Of a stretch of DNA of 64,000 bases, positions 63,992-64,000 are shown piece after piece (the stretch's first letter is position 1; each line of letters opens with the position of its first letter). The notes under the pieces were generated by a model. That model searched no databases and was not told the DNA's origin. It saw only the letters and a program-made list of their open reading frames with translations. Origin of the DNA: an uncultured Eubacteriales bacterium (GTDB taxonomy: Bacteria > Bacillota > Clostridia > Oscillospirales > CAG-272); NCBI GenBank assembly GCA_934446485.1, contig CAKSEM010000001.1:12594-76593 (forward strand). The letters run 5' to 3'. Position numbers and translations under genes: made by a program.

Positions 63992-64000
63992 TGGAGAGGG

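Noticed and set aside
1-64000. Stop-codon reassignment (TAG or TGA recoding), as seen in some gut phages, possibly served by the odd tRNA-like elements.
   Set aside because: All long genes, including the 2021-aa, 1231-aa and 1005-aa ORFs, are uninterrupted under the standard code. The only broken genes (terL, dnaE) are explained by an intron, an intein and a gene insertion. No tRNA or tRNA-like element shows a CUA, UCA or UUA anticodon.
1-64000. CRISPR arrays, rRNA genes, or IS/transposase genes.
   Set aside because: No regularly spaced direct repeats with unique spacers, no rRNA-like sequence and no transposase-like ORF were seen on reading both strands.

Overview
This window reads as one contiguous stretch of an AT-rich temperate tailed-phage or prophage genome. 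Its promoters fit the Bacteroidota pattern (TTTG, about 20 nt, then TAnnTTTG). All calls come from reading the sequence and ORF translations by eye; no database search or folding program was run, so family names are motif-level recognitions. Plus strand, 1 to about 52.8 kb: (1) a baseplate and tail-fibre module with a complete diversity-generating retroelement (DGR) embedded in it; (2) nucleotide metabolism (ThyX-like, NrdD/NrdG); (3) recombination (NinB-like, SSB-like, SbcD/SbcC-like, RuvC-like); (4) replication (sigma-like factor, DnaB-like helicase, DnaG-like primase, a dnaE split in two by a PIF1-like helicase gene, dNMP kinase, DnaQ-like exonuclease); (5) TerS, a lysis cassette, a free-standing GIY-YIG endonuclease and an interrupted terL. 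After that come a structured non-coding region, a tyrosine integrase, a minus-strand tRNA cluster and a minus-strand lysogeny/early region with a CI-like divergent-promoter switch. The DGR consists of VR 13793-13919, TR 14546-14669, an avd-like gene, the RT, and a coupled unknown ORF. I count 16 TR/VR substitutions, all at TR adenines, plus a one-codon TR/VR length difference, and the TR sits in frame inside the RT ORF. The window is also dense in self-splicing and selfish elements. An HNH intein sits in the dnaE 'FNK|SHA' motif. A 268-nt group IA-like intron splits the TerL Walker A box, with a GIY-YIG gene abutting terL. The dnaE break lies just before the catalytic PDxDxDF motif, and the flanking extensions look weakly Hint-like. 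Other points worth a second look are a DUF2829 (Tad2-family) protein, a repressor-linked operon of membrane and zinc-ribbon proteins, odd tRNAs and tRNA-like elements, and a repeat-rich candidate attP/sRNA region. No CRISPR array, rRNA or stop-codon recoding was seen.
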